IMG/VR virus record: IMGVR_UViG_3300027608_000303
Span: 1 to 15,632 of that record
Reading direction: 5' to 3' (one strand)
Origin: a virus
Length of the DNA stretch: 15,632 nucleotides
Shown piece after piece: positions 13,751-15,632 of this stretch (positions are counted from its first letter, which is position 1; every line of letters starts with the position of its first letter). The notes under the pieces are model-generated. The model was given only the letters and a program-made list of their open reading frames with translations. It searched no databases and was not told where the DNA came from. Made by a program: the position numbers and the translations under genes.

Positions 13751-14122
13751 CTAGTTGGTTGTGACCATCTCGATGTTGAGTTGGCTTATGAGCATGTCGG
13801 CGTTTCCGATCTGCTGGACTGTTGGTTGTGACCATCCACCCAAAAACGAAATGTTATTAGATAGTAAATCAGTAACCGACAAAATCAAGGTTTCCAAGTT
13901 TGCCAAAGCCGCTTGGTTGTCGGCTGCGTTGACAATCACTGTAATGTCGAATCTGACATTGCATCGAGCGCCACCAATGGCTGACACCGTGATGTAAGGC
14001 GATCCCGGCACAAGCACAATGGCAGGTGGCGTGATGTTTTCATTCGGGTATGAGTAAACTACCCGACCAGCAGCTGCCAGAGTCGTGGCAAGGTTAGCCC
14101 GGTATGTGGCGAGATTACCCAA
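13751..14122 (-). CDS. Head-tail joining / tail terminator-like protein (DUF3168-like)
   Basis: 123 aa, with a TTG start at 14122 that lies 6 nt after GAGGGG. The pattern RVVYSYPNENITPPAIVLVPG resembles the DUF3168 family as I recall it. Its position is between the adaptor and the major tail protein. Confidence 0.55.
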   Translation of the reverse strand: MGNLATYRANLATTLAAAGRVVYSYPNENITPPAIVLVPGSPYITVSAIGGARCNVRFDITVIVNAADNQAALANLETLILSVTDLLSNNISFLGGWSQPTVQQIGNADMLISQLNIEMVTTN

Positions 14123-14690
14123 GGTAACCCCTCGTATCCAGGTGCTTGCCTAGTAGGCCAGATACCCGAGTCAGCATTGAGCGACCCAATCGGTATGGCG
14201 CTGGAGATTGAAAATCCACACCTTGCTGGCCAAGTGTGCCAGTGCGTGTGATCCAAATGTCGCAAGCGATCGCAAGACAAGCCTCTGAAACTTCTGGGTA
14301 TCCACTGTCATACAAAGTCGCTTGGCTAGTCAATACTGCTCGGCCAGTTGGGATTATGTTGCGGCGGATTATGTCTGCGTTGGTGATTGCAGCTGTAAAG
14401 AATGGCTCGCCTGGGCCAGTGTATGAATCTATTACTGTGCGCGATCCATTGAATGGTGATCCGCATCCTGTGACCGTCAAAGCCTGACCAGCAACAAAAG
14501 TGTTTTCGTAGCAATAAAAGGTTGCCACATTGCCTGAAAGTGATACGGACTTAATAGCCACATCATCAAATATTAAATAGGAAAGCAAAATGTTTTCGGC
14601 TGCATCCACAACCTCTTGCACAATAGCATCGGCGTAAATGTCACCAATACCAAGTACGGCTTTTAGCTCGCTTAGTGTAATTAGTGCCAT
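14115..14690 (-). CDS. Head-tail adaptor (gp6-like connector) with an internal insertion
   Basis: 191 aa. The N-terminus (ITLSELKAVLGIGDIYADAIVQEVVDAAENILLSYL) matches the usual start of Phage_connect_1-type adaptors. It is the first gene after the capsid gene and about twice the usual length. Confidence 0.65.
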   Translation of the reverse strand: MALITLSELKAVLGIGDIYADAIVQEVVDAAENILLSYLIFDDVAIKSVSLSGNVATFYCYENTFVAGQALTVTGCGSPFNGSRTVIDSYTGPGEPFFTAAITNADIIRRNIIPTGRAVLTSQATLYDSGYPEVSEACLAIACDIWITRTGTLGQQGVDFQSPAPYRLGRSMLTRVSGLLGKHLDTRGYLG

Positions 14691-14715
14691 TGTTTAATCC
14701 TGTCTAGTAAAGGGT

Positions 14716-14747
14716 GTGTGGGGGACACAGGGCCGCATCCCCCACAC
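14716..14747 (-). terminator. Strong GC-rich stem-loop after the capsid gene (terminator or attenuator)
   Basis: GTGTGGGGGA (14716-14725) and TCCCCCACAC (14738-14747) form a perfect 10-bp stem with a 12-nt loop. It sits between the capsid stop (14764) and the adaptor start (14690). The T-run is on the plus-strand side, with only a short TTT on the minus side. Confidence 0.55.
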
Positions 14748-14763
14748 TTTTGTTGAACGATCC

Positions 14764-15632
14764 CTAGGCGATGTTCAAGCGGCGGATGCCGTCTGCTTGC
14801 TTCACTGCAATGGCCATGTAGCCATATAGGGAAATGCGAACCTGACCTGTTTCGATCAAGTTGACCTGCAAGCGAGTTGTTGGTGATTCGTAAACGCTCA
14901 CGCAATCTGGTGCAATGATGAACGCGCTGTCATCGATCCAAGTTGCTGCTGTTACATACGGATCTACATACAAGTTCAAGCCTTGGATATTTCCATCAGC
15001 TGCGCCAGGTGTTAGTGCGCCCGGTGCATTTTGTACGTTGTAGGCAGTGTAAAGAGGGCGGTTTGAGCCATCTACTGCGCCCATTAGGCCACCCCATACT
15101 GCGGTGTTAGCAACTACGTTGCGAGCCTTTTTCTTTGTTGCCTTGTAGAGAGCTGCTGATTCAGTTCCAACGTAGGAAGTGAAACCAACGGCAGTTGCAG
15201 CAACGCCAGTTGATGCTGTGCCTTGTGCTACAAACTGAGCAAGAAGTGCTTCGTCTGTTGCCTTAGCGTAAGCATCGTTCATCTGGGAAAGAAGTAATGA
15301 GAGAAATTCAGGACTTGATCGGTCCAGAAGTTCCCAGCTCACGTCATTACGGCCAGCGAACTTGTTTACAGTCACTGTTAGATAATCGGAAGTCATACCT
15401 GTTTCGGATGGGCTTTGGTTTTCGTCAGTGTCAGCCACAGTTGGCGCAGTTCCCAATTTAGGAATAGTGAATGACATACCTGAACTAACTAATGATTCGC
15501 GGCGTACTGCGTTGATCGCTGGTCGGTCAGAGATTGTGTTTGTCACAAACTCGTTTAGGTGCTGTGGCAAAGTTAGGCCAGTGTTTGTGCTGGTGTCGTC
15601 ATCCGCAGCACGAACGTACATTTTGGAATCAT
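14764..15632 (-). CDS. C-terminal (major capsid protein) part of the same protease-capsid fusion ORF
   Basis: Open frame to the window end, with stop TAG at 14764-14766. The Met at 15621 given in the track is internal (residue 232 of the joined 516-aa product). The position between portal/protease and the head-tail adaptor, plus a ~285-aa size, fits an HK97-fold capsid protein. A strong hairpin lies immediately downstream. Confidence 0.8.
   Translation of the reverse strand, partial: DSKMYVRAADDDTSTNTGLTLPQHLNEFVTNTISDRPAINAVRRESLVSSGMSFTIPKLGTAPTVADTDENQSPSETGMTSDYLTVTVNKFAGRNDVSWELLDRSSPEFLSLLLSQMNDAYAKATDEALLAQFVAQGTASTGVAATAVGFTSYVGTESAALYKATKKKARNVVANTAVWGGLMGAVDGSNRPLYTAYNVQNAPGALTPGAADGNIQGLNLYVDPYVTAATWIDDSAFIIAPDCVSVYESPTTRLQVNLIETGQVRISLYGYMAIAVKQADGIRRLNIA
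15506..15632. repeat. Terminal overlap, copy 2 (identical to 1-127)
   Basis: Same 127-nt string as 1-127. It lies inside the capsid coding sequence, so it is not an intergenic repeat. Confidence 0.9.

Noticed and set aside
13740-13835. Upstream extension of the major tail protein ORF (track start at 13835)
   Set aside because: The extension overlaps the preceding gene by 85 nt and encodes a basic, unnatural-looking leader (SPADRKRRHAHKPTQHRDGHN). The internal ATG at 13739 has an RBS and sits just after the upstream stop.
15619-15621. Met at 15621 as the true start of the major capsid protein
   Set aside because: The frame is open upstream to the window edge and, after circularisation, for a further 231 codons back to an ATG with a good RBS at 809. 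No clear RBS precedes this Met. Internal initiation remains possible but unsupported.
15506-15632. The 127-nt terminal identity as a physical direct terminal repeat, LTR or insertion-sequence end
   Set aside because: It lies inside the capsid coding sequence, and removing one copy restores a continuous ORF. Its length equals a common assembler k-mer. A physical terminal repeat cannot be excluded without reads.
1-15632. CRISPR array, integrase or attachment site, transposase, toxin-antitoxin pair, reverse transcriptase
   Set aside because: I scanned both strands by eye. There are no regularly spaced direct repeats beyond those reported, and no ORF with recombinase, transposase or RT motifs. 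The HTH plus small membrane protein pair does not resemble a known toxin-antitoxin layout.

Overview
The window appears to be one complete, circularly closed genome of a very small tailed phage (siphovirus-type, HK97-like morphogenesis). Bases 1-127 are identical to 15506-15632, giving a unit length of 15,505 bp. The 127-nt overlap looks like a de Bruijn assembly closure, not a physical repeat. All ~25 credible genes are on the minus strand and tightly packed, with many ATGA/GTGA/TGATG overlaps and several GTG/TTG starts. Every plus-strand ORF in the track looks like an antisense artefact. Read in the direction of transcription (descending coordinates), there are two modules. (i) A short early module runs 6292->4691: a 48-aa HTH protein missed by the track, a small membrane protein, two zinc-motif putative DNA-binding proteins and a small Cys-rich protein. 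It is preceded by a 27-bp near-palindromic operator/promoter candidate and followed by hairpins. (ii) After a 369-bp non-coding region (4322-4690), a late module runs 4321->1, wraps to 15505 and ends at 6346. Its order is: small coiled-coil protein, HNH endonuclease, small and large terminase, portal, a protease-linker-major capsid fusion ORF that crosses the window junction, head-tail adaptor, terminator-like protein, major tail protein, tail chaperone with a hidden -1 frameshift, an HK97 gp10-like protein in an unusual position, tape measure, Dit-like protein, glycine-rich fibre, small conserved protein, M23 endolysin, holin, and three envelope/unknown proteins. I found no integrase, polymerase, primase, helicase, tRNA or CRISPR. 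An actinobacterial host is a weak inference from PT-rich linkers, gene types and similarity in layout to small actinophages. Product calls rest on motif recognition by eye, not on database searches.
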